Assembly (NCBI GenBank): GCA_903831005.1
Contig: CAIKWA010000158.1
Coordinates: 1-49,928, forward strand
Reading direction: 5' to 3'
Origin: an uncultured Opitutia bacterium
Lineage (GTDB): Bacteria > Verrucomicrobiota > Verrucomicrobiia > Opitutales > UBA953
Length of the DNA stretch: 49,928 nucleotides
Shown here in pieces: positions 36,873 to 46,928 of the stretch (within the stretch, counting starts at the first letter, position 1; every line of letters begins with the position of its first letter). The notes under the pieces are model-generated. The model was not told the DNA's origin, made no database searches, and saw nothing but the letters and a program-made list of their open reading frames with translations. Both the position numbers and the translations under genes were made by a program.

Positions 36873-37570
36873 GTGCCGCCGACGACATCCTCGTCCTGCT
36901 CGCCGCCGGCTCCGCACGGCGCATGCAATCCGTCGTCGACGATAAGATTACGGCCCTGCTCGCTGGCAAACCGGTCTTCATCCATTCGCTGCAATCTTTT
37001 TTGAGCACTGGGCTGATCAGCCGCGTGGTGATCACCTATCGCGACGAAGCCCAGCTTGCTAGGCTCCAGACGCAGCTCGCCGGCCACCTCCCCGACACGA
37101 TTGTCAACTTCGTCCCGGGCGGGGAGTCGCGGCAGGACTCAGTCCTTGCCGCCCTCAATACGTGCGAAGGCCATACCGGTCTAGTACACATCCATGATGG
37201 CGCCCGCCCGCTCGTGTCCCCGGAGGCCATCCGCAAGGTGCGAGAGAAGGCCAAGGAAACGGGCGCCGCTATCCTCGCGGGCCGAGCCGCCGACACAGTG
37301 AAGATCGCTAAAATTAATTCGACGTCCGTTGAGACGTCGCCAGATCGCGGGCTGGTCTGGACGGCCGAGACGCCGCAAGTCTTTCGCACGGCCATCGTCC
37401 TTAAAGCCTACCGCAAGGTCGCCGAACTACAGCGTAAGGTGACCGACGACAGCTCAGCCGTGGAATTCGTCGGACAGGACGTCTCGCTCGTTGAGAATCC
37501 CGCGGTGAACCTGAAGCTAACACGCCCGGCGGACTTCGTCCTGGCGGAAGCAATCCTGAAGACGCGCTAA
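36869..37570 (+). CDS. ispD: 2-C-methyl-D-erythritol 4-phosphate cytidylyltransferase
   Basis: ATGA overlap with pyrF. Motifs: LLAAGSARRM, VPGGESRQDSV, IHDGARPLV and ETPQVF. Confidence 0.85.
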   Translation: MSAADDILVLLAAGSARRMQSVVDDKITALLAGKPVFIHSLQSFLSTGLISRVVITYRDEAQLARLQTQLAGHLPDTIVNFVPGGESRQDSVLAALNTCEGHTGLVHIHDGARPLVSPEAIRKVREKAKETGAAILAGRAADTVKIAKINSTSVETSPDRGLVWTAETPQVFRTAIVLKAYRKVAELQRKVTDDSSAVEFVGQDVSLVENPAVNLKLTRPADFVLAEAILKTR

Positions 37571-37574
37571 GCGC

Positions 37575-38051
37575 TCAGTAACCAGCCTGGCGGAGCGCAG
37601 CATCCAGCTTGGCCTGGAAGTCTGTGATGTCCTGCGGCGTGGGGCGATAGCCAGGCGAACGTGCGGCCATCCCGGGGCGACCCTGATGATCGATATACCA
37701 ATCGGCTTTTTCGCCGTCGGAGAAAGTGACGTGTCCACTGACCATGGCATGCGGCTGAGCGATGGTATCGACTTCGACGGTGACGACGCCGGTGCCCTGA
37801 GCAGTCTCGGCCGTCTGAGCAGGAGCGGCAGCGTCGGCGGGGGCAGCCTCAGTCGCGGCCTCCTCGGGCTTCGTGGGCTCTTCTTTCTCAATCAAAGCGA
37901 GATTCAAATCGTCCACCAGGAAACGGACGTCCATGTAAGTCATGGAAACCTCTAGCTGCGAGGACAGGCGCTCCTGGATCTGCGAGAGCGTGGCGCCTTC
38001 GGCCACCCAGGCGGAAACCGTGGAAATCTGTGAGGGTGTCAGTCGGGCCAT
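37575..38051 (-). CDS. Hypothetical protein (N-terminal helical module, acidic Ala/Pro linker, C-terminal beta module)
   Basis: Clean ORF with ATG start: MARLTPSQISTVSAWVAEGATLSQIQERL... No motif recognised. Coding is inferred from length, position and composition. Confidence 0.55.
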   Translation of the reverse strand: MARLTPSQISTVSAWVAEGATLSQIQERLSSQLEVSMTYMDVRFLVDDLNLALIEKEEPTKPEEAATEAAPADAAAPAQTAETAQGTGVVTVEVDTIAQPHAMVSGHVTFSDGEKADWYIDHQGRPGMAARSPGYRPTPQDITDFQAKLDAALRQAGY

Positions 38052-38142
38052 AGGTGGCTAAGGTGTGGGAGCGCCCACCGATTTTCAAGCGTCAGGTCGC
38101 TTATTCGTTGGAAAAGTACCTCCTGCTAGCCAAGTTAGCCCC

Positions 38143-38988
38143 ATGCAGTCCGCGATCCGATGGCAAAAGCAGGGAGAGTTCACCGACATCGTCTACGAGA
38201 AGGCCGACGGCATCGCTCGCGTGACGATCAACCGGCCGTCCCGCCGTAACGCCTTCACCCCGGACACGATTGCCGAGATGCTTAAGGCCTTCGGCGATGC
38301 CCGCGACGACGCTACCATCGGTGTGGTCTTACTCCGAGGCGCCAACCCACAGGACGACGGAAAGTTCGCTTTCTGCGCCGGCGGCGATCAGAAGATCCGC
38401 GGCGACAAAAAAGGTGGCTATATGGGCAAGGACGGCGTCCCCCGCCTCAATGTCCTCGACCTGCAGCGCCTCATCCGCTCGATGCCCAAGGTCGTCATTG
38501 CCCTCGTGGCCGGCTTCGCCATCGGCGGCGGCCATGTGCTCCACGTCATCTGCGATCTCACCATTGCGGCCGACAACGCCGTGTTTGGCCAGACTGGCCC
38601 GACGGTCGGCAGCTTCGATGGCGGTTTTGGCGCTTCCTACCTTGCCCGCGTCGTCGGCCAGAAGAAGGCCCGCGAGATCTGGTACCTTTGCCGCCAGTAC
38701 AACGCAAAGGAAGCCCATGAGATGGGCTTGGTTAATACCGTCGTCCCCTACGAACAGCTCGATGCTGAAGGCGAAAAGTGGGCCCAAGAGGTTCTCACCA
38801 AAAGCCCCCTCGCCATCCGCTGTCTGAAGTCGGCTTTCAATGCCGAACTTGACGGACAAGCCGGCATTCAAGAACTTTCCGGCAACGCCACCCTGCTCTA
38901 TTATCTTTCGGAAGAAGGCGACGAAGGTCGCGCCGCTTGGAATGAGAAGCGTCCTCCTAATTTCCGAAAATTCCCTTGGCTCCCGTAA
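38143..38988 (+). CDS. menB: 1,4-dihydroxy-2-naphthoyl-CoA synthase
   Basis: ORF 38065..38988; ATG 38143 preferred. Motifs: [47 protein letters not shown] and the C-terminal [13 protein letters not shown]. Confidence 0.9.
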   Translation: MQSAIRWQKQGEFTDIVYEKADGIARVTINRPSRRNAFTPDTIAEMLKAFGDARDDATIGVVLLRGANPQDDGKFAFCAGGDQKIRGDKKGGYMGKDGVPRLNVLDLQRLIRSMPKVVIALVAGFAIGGGHVLHVICDLTIAADNAVFGQTGPTVGSFDGGFGASYLARVVGQKKAREIWYLCRQYNAKEAHEMGLVNTVVPYEQLDAEGEKWAQEVLTKSPLAIRCLKSAFNAELDGQAGIQELSGNATLLYYLSEEGDEGRAAWNEKRPPNFRKFPWLP

Positions 38989-39560
38989 ATCCGATTCGCG
39001 TTACCGAGCGCGCGCAGAAGCTCGCGACCGAGGTCCTCCGGCCCGGCGACATCGCCGTCGACGGTACCGCCGGCAAGGGCCGCGACACGGCCTGCCTCGC
39101 CCAGGCCGTAGGCCCGAACGGCCATGTGCATGCGTTCGACATCCAGCCGGAGGCCATCACCTCGACCCATAATCTCCTCGAAGTGGCCGGTCTTTTGGAC
39201 CGCGTCTCCCTGCACCTACGTAGCCACGCCGAACTCACCGAAGTCCTGACCTCAGCGCAGCACGGAAAGCTCGGTGTCGCGATTTTCAACCTCGGCTACC
39301 TACCCGGTGGCGACGCCTCGATCATCACGCAGCCGTCTTCGACCAACCACGCGCTTCGGTCCGCCTTCGATCACCTGCGTCCCGGAGGCCGTCTCATCTG
39401 CGTTGCTTACACGGGTCACCCGGGCGGCCCTGAAGAATCCGATATCGTACTCAAATTCGCCGAGGAACAGGCGGCCGCTGGACTCCATGTCGAGAAGGTC
39501 GGCTATTACCCCACCCCGGGTAAGCCCTGGATCTTGGTTGTGAACAAGCCGGCGGCTTGA
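38976..39560 (+). CDS. Class I SAM-dependent methyltransferase of the YtqB/MnmM (PF06962-like) family
   Basis: The TTG start overlaps the menB end by 13 nt. [11 protein letters not shown] corresponds to the DATxGNGxDT motif. Also [11 protein letters not shown]. Confidence 0.7.
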   Translation: MAPVNPIRVTERAQKLATEVLRPGDIAVDGTAGKGRDTACLAQAVGPNGHVHAFDIQPEAITSTHNLLEVAGLLDRVSLHLRSHAELTEVLTSAQHGKLGVAIFNLGYLPGGDASIITQPSSTNHALRSAFDHLRPGGRLICVAYTGHPGGPEESDIVLKFAEEQAAAGLHVEKVGYYPTPGKPWILVVNKPAA

Positions 39561-39591
39561 AGCCGGACAGTTTCCTTTCAACCTTATCAGG

Positions 39592-40491
39592 ATGTCCGCC
39601 CACCGACGTATCATCCTGACCGGCGCCACGGGTCTCATCGGGAAAGCCTTGGCCAGACGACTGACGGAACTGGATTACGAAGTCGTGCCCTTCCGTTCGC
39701 GACATGACGGACTTAAGGGCTTCAATCACCTGACGGGACAGATTGACCGGGAAGCGCTCGAAGGGGCCCATGCCGTCATCCATCTCGCTGGCGAATCTAT
39801 TGCCCAACGCTGGAGCGAGGCCGCCAAGGAACGAATTCTGACCAGCCGCCGCGACGGCACCCGCCTGCTGGCTGAGGCCTTGGCCGGATTGAAGCAGAAG
39901 CCAGAAGTCTTCATCTCAATGTCCGGCATCAATCGCTACGGACTTCATCGAACGGATACCTTAGAGGAATCCTCGGCGGTCTCCACCGATGGTTTCCTAC
40001 CTTTGGTCACCGAAGCATGGGAAAATGCGACCCTACCAGCCTCCAAGGGAGGGATTCGTACGGTCCTGCTCCGAACTTCACTCGTCCTCTCCGGCTCCGG
40101 AGGTGGCCTGAAGCAAATGTTGCCGGCTTTCCGCCTTGGCTTGGGCGGTCCGATCGGCGGAGGCCGCCAGCGGATGAGCTGGATCGGGCTTCCCGACCTC
40201 GTATCGCTCATCGTGTGGAGCCTGGAAAACCCCGCCGTCCATGGACCTCTCAACGCCGTGGCGCCCCACCCGGTGACCCAAGCCGAATTAGCCCGCACGC
40301 TTGGCCTCGCCCTGAATCGTCCCAGCTTCCTACCGATGCCCGCCTGGGCCCTCTGCCTCCTCTTCGGCCAGATGGGCCACGAGACAATCCTTAGCGATTT
40401 GGCCGCCAGCCCGCGCGCCGCTCAAGAAGGCGGCTTCCGCTTCGGAACCCCCGACCTCACATCAGCCCTCAAGCAAGCGCTCGGCCACTGA
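39592..40491 (+). CDS. YfcH-like (TIGR01777) NAD-binding epimerase-family protein with DUF1731-type C-terminus
   Basis: Rossmann motif ILTGATGLIGKAL. Also HLAGESIAQRW and C-terminal GGFRFGTPDLTSAL. Confidence 0.8.
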   Translation: MSAHRRIILTGATGLIGKALARRLTELDYEVVPFRSRHDGLKGFNHLTGQIDREALEGAHAVIHLAGESIAQRWSEAAKERILTSRRDGTRLLAEALAGLKQKPEVFISMSGINRYGLHRTDTLEESSAVSTDGFLPLVTEAWENATLPASKGGIRTVLLRTSLVLSGSGGGLKQMLPAFRLGLGGPIGGGRQRMSWIGLPDLVSLIVWSLENPAVHGPLNAVAPHPVTQAELARTLGLALNRPSFLPMPAWALCLLFGQMGHETILSDLAASPRAAQEGGFRFGTPDLTSALKQALGH

Positions 40492-40533
40492 TTTTGGATT
40501 GAAGGAACGAGCGCGGATAGAGATTGTTCGGTC

Positions 40534-41262
40534 ATGGTTCGAGCTGTCTTCGTCTTCATGGTCCTAGTGCTCGTCGGTTGCGACGACGGTTCGCGTGCCG
40601 ACTCCCGCACCCTCGACGTCGACGATCCGGAATTCCGCGCCGGCCAGACCTTCCACAAGCAAGGTGAGACCCGCAAGGCCCTCGAAAGCTACCTCAAGGT
40701 GATCGACAACCGCAAAGGCGCGGCCGAATCCCACCTCGAAGCGGGTCGCATGTACCTCGAACTACAGGATCCCCTCCCAGCCATCTATCACTTCAATCAG
40801 TATATCCGGATGAAACCGACGTCCGAACAGTCAAACATTGTCCGCCAGATGATCAAGACTGCCGAGAAACAGTTCATGCAGCAGCTGCCTGGTCGGCCGA
40901 TGGAACCGGATGCCTTGGGCGGAACCGACCTCAATGCCCGTCTCCGTAGTCTCCAACTTGAGAACGAGAAACTGAAACGTGAACTGGCCGACATTACCCG
41001 CAGCCAGAAAGGACTGACCCTTCCAGCTAAGACCACGAGCGAAAAGACCGCCGAGAAGCCGGCGACGACGGAAGACGGCAAGCCCGCGCGCTTCCGCCAA
41101 TACACGGTCGCCAAAGGCGACAACCTTTCGAGCATCGCCCGTAAGACCTACGGCGAATCTAATCCGGCTCGCGTGAGCGCCATCTTCAACGCCAACCGCG
41201 ATAAGATGACGTCAGTCAATAGCCTGCCGAAAATTGGTACGGTAATCCTCCTCCCAGAATAA
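40534..41262 (+). CDS. LysM-domain lipoprotein with TPR-like and coiled-coil regions
   Basis: Lipobox VLVGC. Coiled coil LRSLQLENEKLKRELADI. C-terminal LysM: YTVAKGDNLSSIARKTYG...IGTVILLP. Confidence 0.75.
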   Translation: MVRAVFVFMVLVLVGCDDGSRADSRTLDVDDPEFRAGQTFHKQGETRKALESYLKVIDNRKGAAESHLEAGRMYLELQDPLPAIYHFNQYIRMKPTSEQSNIVRQMIKTAEKQFMQQLPGRPMEPDALGGTDLNARLRSLQLENEKLKRELADITRSQKGLTLPAKTTSEKTAEKPATTEDGKPARFRQYTVAKGDNLSSIARKTYGESNPARVSAIFNANRDKMTSVNSLPKIGTVILLPE

Positions 41263-41265
41263 GCC

Positions 41266-42327
41266 ATGCGCCTGACGCGCATCCGGGCCGCCGATTTCCG
41301 CAACCTGACCTTTGCGGACGTCTCCACCGATGCGCCGAGAGTCTTCCTGCTCGGCGATAACGGCCAGGGCAAGACGAACCTCCTTGAGGCCGCGGCACTG
41401 GTCTCCTCGTTCCGTTCCTTCCGTACGACAGACATCTCGCCGCTCATCCGCACTGGTTGCGCTGAAGCCCGTCTGCGGCTCGACGTCCGTCTTTCCACCG
41501 AAGATAATTCCGAGATCGAAATCCGCCTAGCGAAAGGCTCCCGTAAAGCCCTTGTCAACGGCACGCCCGTCGCTTCAGTCGCCCAGCACCTCGGTCAGTT
41601 CCCGACCATCGTCTTCTGCTCCGACGACCTTCGACTCGTCCGTGGCTCGCCCTCCAATCGTCGACGCTGGCTCGACGCCGCCATTGGCGGCACCGATGCC
41701 GCCTACCTCACCGCAGTACGCGACTACGGCCGAGCGCTCGACGGTCGCAACGCCTTGCTTAAATCAGACGTGCGCTCCGATGAGGAACTGCGCGCCTTTG
41801 AGAAAGCGATGCTCGCCCCCGCCCAACTCATCGCCGAGACTCGTGCCCGTATCCTGCCGGAACTCGCCGCGACCTTACGTGATGCCTGCGCCCGCGCAGG
41901 CTTCCCCGATCAGGGCGCGGACCTAGTCTATCAACCCGATGTCGCTGCCGACCAGCTCGTCGAGATCTGGGCGAAGACGCGCGTCGCTGATCTCGCCACG
42001 GGCACGACCCTACGCGGGCCTCAACGTGACGACTTTGGCATGCTCTTCGCCGGCAAGGACGCCTCCGACTACGCCTCCGAAGGCCAGCAGCGCCTCCTCG
42101 TCCTCGCCCTCTGCCTCGCCCGCCTCCAGCGCGACACCCTCCTCGCCCCCACCCCGCCTATCATCCTGGCCGATGATGTGCTGGGTGAACTCGACGACAC
42201 CCGCCGCCGGGCCTTCTGGAATGAAGTCGGCGAAAAGCATCAGGTTATTGCGACTGGCACCGTTCCCCCGCCTTCGGGCGACTGGCTGACCTACCGAGTG
42301 TCTGGGGGTAGCTACGCACAGGCCTGA
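41266..42327 (+). CDS. recF: DNA replication and repair protein RecF
   Basis: MRLTRIRAADFRNL...FLLGDNGQGKTNLLEA is the Walker A motif. Signature SEGQQRLLVLAL. Walker B ILADDVLGELD. Confidence 0.9.
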   Translation: MRLTRIRAADFRNLTFADVSTDAPRVFLLGDNGQGKTNLLEAAALVSSFRSFRTTDISPLIRTGCAEARLRLDVRLSTEDNSEIEIRLAKGSRKALVNGTPVASVAQHLGQFPTIVFCSDDLRLVRGSPSNRRRWLDAAIGGTDAAYLTAVRDYGRALDGRNALLKSDVRSDEELRAFEKAMLAPAQLIAETRARILPELAATLRDACARAGFPDQGADLVYQPDVAADQLVEIWAKTRVADLATGTTLRGPQRDDFGMLFAGKDASDYASEGQQRLLVLALCLARLQRDTLLAPTPPIILADDVLGELDDTRRRAFWNEVGEKHQVIATGTVPPPSGDWLTYRVSGGSYAQA

Positions 42328-42371
42328 TTTTGGCGTTGTTTTATGGTAAACTGAGCCCTTGGATGGGGGGC

Positions 42372-42803
42372 ATGTCGGACTTCCTTCTCTACGCCTCGGT
42401 GGTGGCCCTTTTTCTCGTCTCCATCCTCGTGGTCCTCGTGATCCTGATGCAGCGCCCCAGCGCCAACGCAGGTATGGGCTCAGCCCTCGGCGGCGGTGCC
42501 GCTGAGACCGTCTTTGGCGGCGAATCCGCGAACGTACTCTCAAAGATGACCACGGCCCTCACGGTCATCCTCTTCATCCTAAGTTTCGGCCTCTACCTCG
42601 GCTTCGTCGCCCGCGAAAAGACGGTGACTAAGGCCCTCGCCGCCGATGCCACCGCCCCCGTAGCTGCGCCGGCGACTCCGACCGCCGCACCTAAGACTCC
42701 AGCTGCCACCACCCCGGCTCCTGCCGCCGCCAAGCCCCTGTCTACCCCGACTCCGGCCGCGACGGCTCCAGCGAAGCCCGCTGCTCCGGCTCCGGCCAAG
42801 TAA
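42372..42803 (+). CDS. secG: Preprotein translocase subunit SecG with about 60-aa Ala/Pro/Thr-rich C-terminal tail
   Basis: ORF 42330..42803; ATG 42372 gives MSDFLLYASVVALFLVSILVVLVILMQRP...GMGSALGGG...FG, then a second TM helix and the tail ...APATPTAAPKTPAATTPAPAAAKP... Confidence 0.75.
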   Translation: MSDFLLYASVVALFLVSILVVLVILMQRPSANAGMGSALGGGAAETVFGGESANVLSKMTTALTVILFILSFGLYLGFVAREKTVTKALAADATAPVAAPATPTAAPKTPAATTPAPAAAKPLSTPTPAATAPAKPAAPAPAK

Positions 42804-42809
42804 GCCTGA

Positions 42810-43646
42810 GTGAGAACCCGACTGCTCAGCCTGTCTGTCCGCTGGGTAGCGTGTCTCATCGCACTTGGTTCCTTCGCGCAATCGCGGGTCCCTTCCGCGC
42901 CTGCCCTAGATCAGTTGACGGCTGAACAGGGTCAGGCCTTCCTCGCTGGGTTCCGTCAGGCCCGTCTCAACGGAGATCTCTGCCTGCGCTTCGAGATCAT
43001 ACACAAGCCGCGCAAAGGCGACTCGCTCGCCCCAGTCCAAGGTACGCTCTGGGCTGCTACACATGGCGACGCGCAGCTACTGCGTGGAGAAATCAAAGAT
43101 GCCCAAGGCAAGCCGGCCTTGGCCTTCATCACAGTGAAGTCTGCCCAACGCAGCCGCGTGTGGGTCTCACGCCAAGGCGCCGTCGCGCAGGAACTCGAGA
43201 ACAAGGCTCCCCTCATCCCGCTCGCGGAAGGACTCATCCTCACGCCGTTCGACCTCCAGCTGCCTTTCACGCACTGGGCAGCCACTTCCTATTTGAGCAC
43301 AGAAAAACGCCGCCGCCCGGTCCATGTCTTCGATGCCCTGAATCAACTGGGCCATGAACCTGCCAAGGTGAATTATGCGATCGACCACGTCTACGGCGTG
43401 CTCATCCAGGCGACCTGTTTCGATGCGAACGGTAAAAAGACGCGTACGTTGCAGGTCGAAGAATTCTCCAAAGTCGACGGGCAATGGATGCTCGCCGCTT
43501 GCAGCGTGCGCGACGAGGAAACGCGCGACGCCGACTTACTTCGCATCACCGCGGCCGCCCTCGGCGAACGGCTTAACCGAGAGACCTTCGAACCCGCCAC
43601 GCTCGCCCTGCCCGCCACCCAGCCGACGAACTTCAAAAACCTGTGA
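42810..43646 (+). CDS. Hypothetical secreted protein (possibly LolA-like fold)
   Basis: GTG start. Signal LSVRWVACLIALGSFAQS. Only a weak resemblance to lipoprotein-sorting (LolA-like) proteins, so low confidence in function. Confidence 0.5.
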   Translation: MRTRLLSLSVRWVACLIALGSFAQSRVPSAPALDQLTAEQGQAFLAGFRQARLNGDLCLRFEIIHKPRKGDSLAPVQGTLWAATHGDAQLLRGEIKDAQGKPALAFITVKSAQRSRVWVSRQGAVAQELENKAPLIPLAEGLILTPFDLQLPFTHWAATSYLSTEKRRRPVHVFDALNQLGHEPAKVNYAIDHVYGVLIQATCFDANGKKTRTLQVEEFSKVDGQWMLAACSVRDEETRDADLLRITAAALGERLNRETFEPATLALPATQPTNFKNL

Positions 43647-44404
43647 AGACCCCCGTCACCGCCACCCAGGTCGCCCGCTTCTGCAACCTGCTCACCAACG
43701 GCAAGAACATCGCCGACTTCGAAGGCTCCCGCAACGGACTCCAGCACAAGGGCACGCGCCCAGTGCGTAAGGTCGGTGCAGCCGTTGACGCCGGGGCCAA
43801 GGTCTTCGCCGAAGCCGCGCGCCGCGGGGTCGATTTCCTGATCGTCCACCACGGGATGTATTGGCGACCCGTTTCACCTGAACACGAAGTGCGCGCCCTG
43901 CGCAAAGCCGCGCTGAAGAAGACTGGCCTGTCGCTCTACTCCAGCCACCTGCCCCTCGACGCGCATCCGGCCATTGGTAATAACGCGCTGATTGCCCAGG
44001 ATCTTGGCCTCAAGGTCGTCGATTGGTTCGTGGATTACGAAGGCCTGCCGATCGCCTGCATCTGTAAGGGAATCCCGCGAGCGACCCTGCGCAAACGTCT
44101 CCAGGCCTCCTACCCGCAGACCTATAAGGGCATCGAGTTCGGCTCCGCGAAGCCGAAGAAGATCGCAATCCTTAGCGGTAGCGGCCGCAGCGCGCTCGGC
44201 CACCTGAAGGCTGAAGGTTGCGACACGCTCATCACCGGCGAACTGCGCGAAGAACACTTCAACGAAGCGCATGAGCAGGGTTGGAATCTCTATCCCAGTG
44301 GACACTACGCCACCGAGACCTGGGGCGTGAAAGCCCTCGCCGCCGCGGTGGCCGCGGAATTCGGCGTGAAGTGGGAGTTCATCTCCACGGGTAATCCGCT
44401 CTGA
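43643..44404 (+). CDS. Nif3-like dinuclear metal centre protein (YbgI/GTP cyclohydrolase 1 type 2 family)
   Basis: GTGA overlap with the upstream gene. Motifs: DFLIVHHGMYWRP, SSHLPLDAHPAIGNN and SGHYATE. Confidence 0.85.
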   Translation: MKTPVTATQVARFCNLLTNGKNIADFEGSRNGLQHKGTRPVRKVGAAVDAGAKVFAEAARRGVDFLIVHHGMYWRPVSPEHEVRALRKAALKKTGLSLYSSHLPLDAHPAIGNNALIAQDLGLKVVDWFVDYEGLPIACICKGIPRATLRKRLQASYPQTYKGIEFGSAKPKKIAILSGSGRSALGHLKAEGCDTLITGELREEHFNEAHEQGWNLYPSGHYATETWGVKALAAAVAAEFGVKWEFISTGNPL

Positions 44405-45246
44405 TGACCCGCGGACGGCTAGCCCCGACCCCGACTGGCTACCTGCACGTTGGCCACGCCCGCACCTTTGCTCTCGCCGCCCAACGCGCCGCTGGCGGGA
44501 CGCTGATCTACCGCACCGAAGATCTCGACGCCGGACGATGCCGACTAGAGTTCGCCGATGCCGCCATCGAGGACCTCCGCTGGCTCGGGCTGAAATGGAC
44601 CGAAGGCCCCGATGTCGGTGGCCCGCACACCCCTTATAGCCAATCGCAACGCCTTCCCTGGTTCCGCGAGGTCTGGCAGAAGCTGCAAGCCGCTGGCGTG
44701 CTGTACCCGTGCGACAAGTCCCGCAAGGATGTCGAACGCAGCCTGACCGCTCCGCATGCCGAAGATGACGCCGAGCCGATATTCCCGCCTACCCTACGGG
44801 CGCCCCTCGGGGCTGGTCGCGAGGCCCGCGAACCTGGCCCGACCAACTGGCGTTTCCGTGTGCCAGATGGCGAGACGATCGCCTTTATCGATGCGCTCCA
44901 AGGCCCGCAGGCGTTCGTCGCCGGACGTGACTTCGGCGACTTCCTCGTGTGGCGAAAGGACGGCTTCCCCGCCTACGAACTCGCCGTCGTGGCCGACGAC
45001 CATGCTATGGGCATCACCGAAGTCGTCCGCGGTGCCGACCTCCTGCTATCGACCGCCCGCCAACTACTACTGTATCGCGCGCTCGGCTGGGCACCGCCCG
45101 CCTGGGCGCACGCTCCCCTCATCGTCGATGCCGACGGCAAGCGGTTGGCCAAGCGCACCGCCGGACTCTCGATCCGAGAACTCCGCCAAAAAGGAAAGAC
45201 GCCAGAGGAAGTCCTCACGGCGCCTTTAAATCAGCTGTTAAGCTAA
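44404..45246 (+). CDS. gluQ: Glutamyl-Q tRNA(Asp) synthetase
   Basis: TGATG overlap with the upstream gene. RLAPTPTGYLHVGHARTF is the HIGH-type motif. Truncated GluRS catalytic domain without an anticodon-binding domain. Also KRLAKR. Confidence 0.85.
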   Translation: MTRGRLAPTPTGYLHVGHARTFALAAQRAAGGTLIYRTEDLDAGRCRLEFADAAIEDLRWLGLKWTEGPDVGGPHTPYSQSQRLPWFREVWQKLQAAGVLYPCDKSRKDVERSLTAPHAEDDAEPIFPPTLRAPLGAGREAREPGPTNWRFRVPDGETIAFIDALQGPQAFVAGRDFGDFLVWRKDGFPAYELAVVADDHAMGITEVVRGADLLLSTARQLLLYRALGWAPPAWAHAPLIVDADGKRLAKRTAGLSIRELRQKGKTPEEVLTAPLNQLLS

Positions 45247-45250
45247 AGGC

Positions 45251-46054
45251 TTAAGCGCCCTTCTTCGGGTCGACGGCAGACTTCGGAGCGATCGCTCCAC
45301 CGGAAATCTTGTCACGATACGATTGGAACGTCTTGGTCAGCCCGGCATCGCCGGCCGAAACCTTCAAGGCTTCATCGACATATTTAAGCGCCTCCGTCTT
45401 AGCCGTCGGATCAATCTGAAGCAAAATCCGAGCCTTGTTGTAATGGAAGATGCCCTTCCGCGGCCCGACGACGTCGGCGTACATCTCGCTCAAGGTCGCT
45501 TCTGCAGACTTGAAGTCCTTCGCGGCGATAGCGTCATCGATTTTCTTTCCCAAATCCCGGCTCTTGGCCGAACGAGACGACTTCTCCTTACCTTCCTTCT
45601 CCAGAGCGACCCTTCCCTCCGGGGTATTCTTGAACGAAGCGAGCTTCTGGAGGTACTCCTTGGCGGTCTGGCCGCCGAAACCGACAGTCTTACCGAAGAC
45701 ATCACCGGACTTAGCGTCGATCAGTAGCACGGTCGGGAAACCGGAGATACCGAACTTCTGCTGCCACTCGCGGTTCTTCGCCTTAAGTTCCTCCGACTGC
45801 GGCTTGGCTTTGGGGTAATCGAGTTCCACGAGGACATACTTGGAGGCGACGGCGGCGAACTCAGCCGACTCGAACACCACCTTATGCAACTGCTTGCATG
45901 GCGGGCACCAATCGCTGCCCGTGAAGTCGACGAGCACAGGCTTGTTCTCCTTGACGCCCTTAACCTTGGCGGCGTCGAGGTCGGTCAACCAAGTGACTTC
46001 AGCCTGCGCCGTGAGGGTAGCGAGCAGCAGAATGGATAGAATGAGTTTTTTCAT
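45251..46054 (-). CDS. Secreted thioredoxin-fold protein (CPPC active site) with helical C-terminal domain
   Basis: Signal MKKLILSILLLATLTAQA. VLVDFTGSDWCPPCKQL, with CPPC at complement 45896-45907. Also GFPTVLLID. Confidence 0.8.
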   Translation of the reverse strand: MKKLILSILLLATLTAQAEVTWLTDLDAAKVKGVKENKPVLVDFTGSDWCPPCKQLHKVVFESAEFAAVASKYVLVELDYPKAKPQSEELKAKNREWQQKFGISGFPTVLLIDAKSGDVFGKTVGFGGQTAKEYLQKLASFKNTPEGRVALEKEGKEKSSRSAKSRDLGKKIDDAIAAKDFKSAEATLSEMYADVVGPRKGIFHYNKARILLQIDPTAKTEALKYVDEALKVSAGDAGLTKTFQSYRDKISGGAIAPKSAVDPKKGA

Positions 46055-46062
46055 GAGAGGGA

Positions 46063-46863
46063 TTACTTCTTACCCTTATCAGCGGCCTGCGCCGCTGCGA
46101 CCTGACTGCGGAATTGCTTGATATCGGCGAGCTCTTTCACGCTCTCAGACGTGGATGCAATGATTTCGTCGAGCACCTTGAGCAAGGCGGCTGAATCGCC
46201 CGGCTTACAGGCCTGAATGATACCGATGCGGGCATTGACGGTCAGGTTGAGCTTGGCCGCACCCGTCACCCCCTTTTCGAGGATAAACTTGGCGACCGCA
46301 GCCTCGGCCGCGGCCTGATTTTTCTTCTCCAACAAAGGCCCGACGATACCGCTAAGCTCCTCGCCGTATGCAGCGACGGCCGCTTCGTCTTTCTTCGTCT
46401 GGGCGAAAGCCTTGCGACCTTCCGGGGTATTGGTCTTCCGGAGATCGGCCAGATGGGCGAGATACTTGACCGGGCCGCCAGCCTGGTAGCCCGTCTGAGC
46501 AAACGGCTCGCCGTTTGAGTCCAGCAACATGACTGTCGGAAAACCTTCGATGGAGAACTTCTTCGCGAGGGCCTGGTTCTTCGCTTTTTCCTCCGGGCTC
46601 TGTTTCTTCTTCTGAGGGTAGTCGAGCTCCACGAGGACGAAATCCTTGGTGACTGCGGCGAATTCTTTCTGATCGAAGACCTCCTTCTTCAAGCGGATGC
46701 ACCAGCCGCACCAGTCGCTGCCAGTGAAGTCGACGAGGATCGCCTTCTGCTCGGCTTTGGCGACCTTGATACCTTCATCGAGGTCAGTCAGCCAACCATC
46801 GGCGGCGGATAGGGATAGGACGCTCAGGCACAGAGCGACAGCGGCAAGGAAACGGCGGGGCAT
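46063..46863 (-). CDS. Secreted thioredoxin-fold protein (CGWC active site), tandem paralog of 45251..46054
   Basis: ORF 46063..46905, trimmed to ATG at complement 46861-46863 (MPRRFLAAVALCLSVLSLSA). ILVDFTGSDWCGWCIRL, with CGWC at complement 46699-46710. Also GFPTVMLLD. Confidence 0.8.
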   Translation of the reverse strand: MPRRFLAAVALCLSVLSLSAADGWLTDLDEGIKVAKAEQKAILVDFTGSDWCGWCIRLKKEVFDQKEFAAVTKDFVLVELDYPQKKKQSPEEKAKNQALAKKFSIEGFPTVMLLDSNGEPFAQTGYQAGGPVKYLAHLADLRKTNTPEGRKAFAQTKKDEAAVAAYGEELSGIVGPLLEKKNQAAAEAAVAKFILEKGVTGAAKLNLTVNARIGIIQACKPGDSAALLKVLDEIIASTSESVKELADIKQFRSQVAAAQAADKGKK

Positions 46864-46928
46864 CTCATAAGGAAACTCCGACCCAGAGGGCGAGGCAACC
46901 TGCAATCAGCCAACCCTGCATTGCAAAT

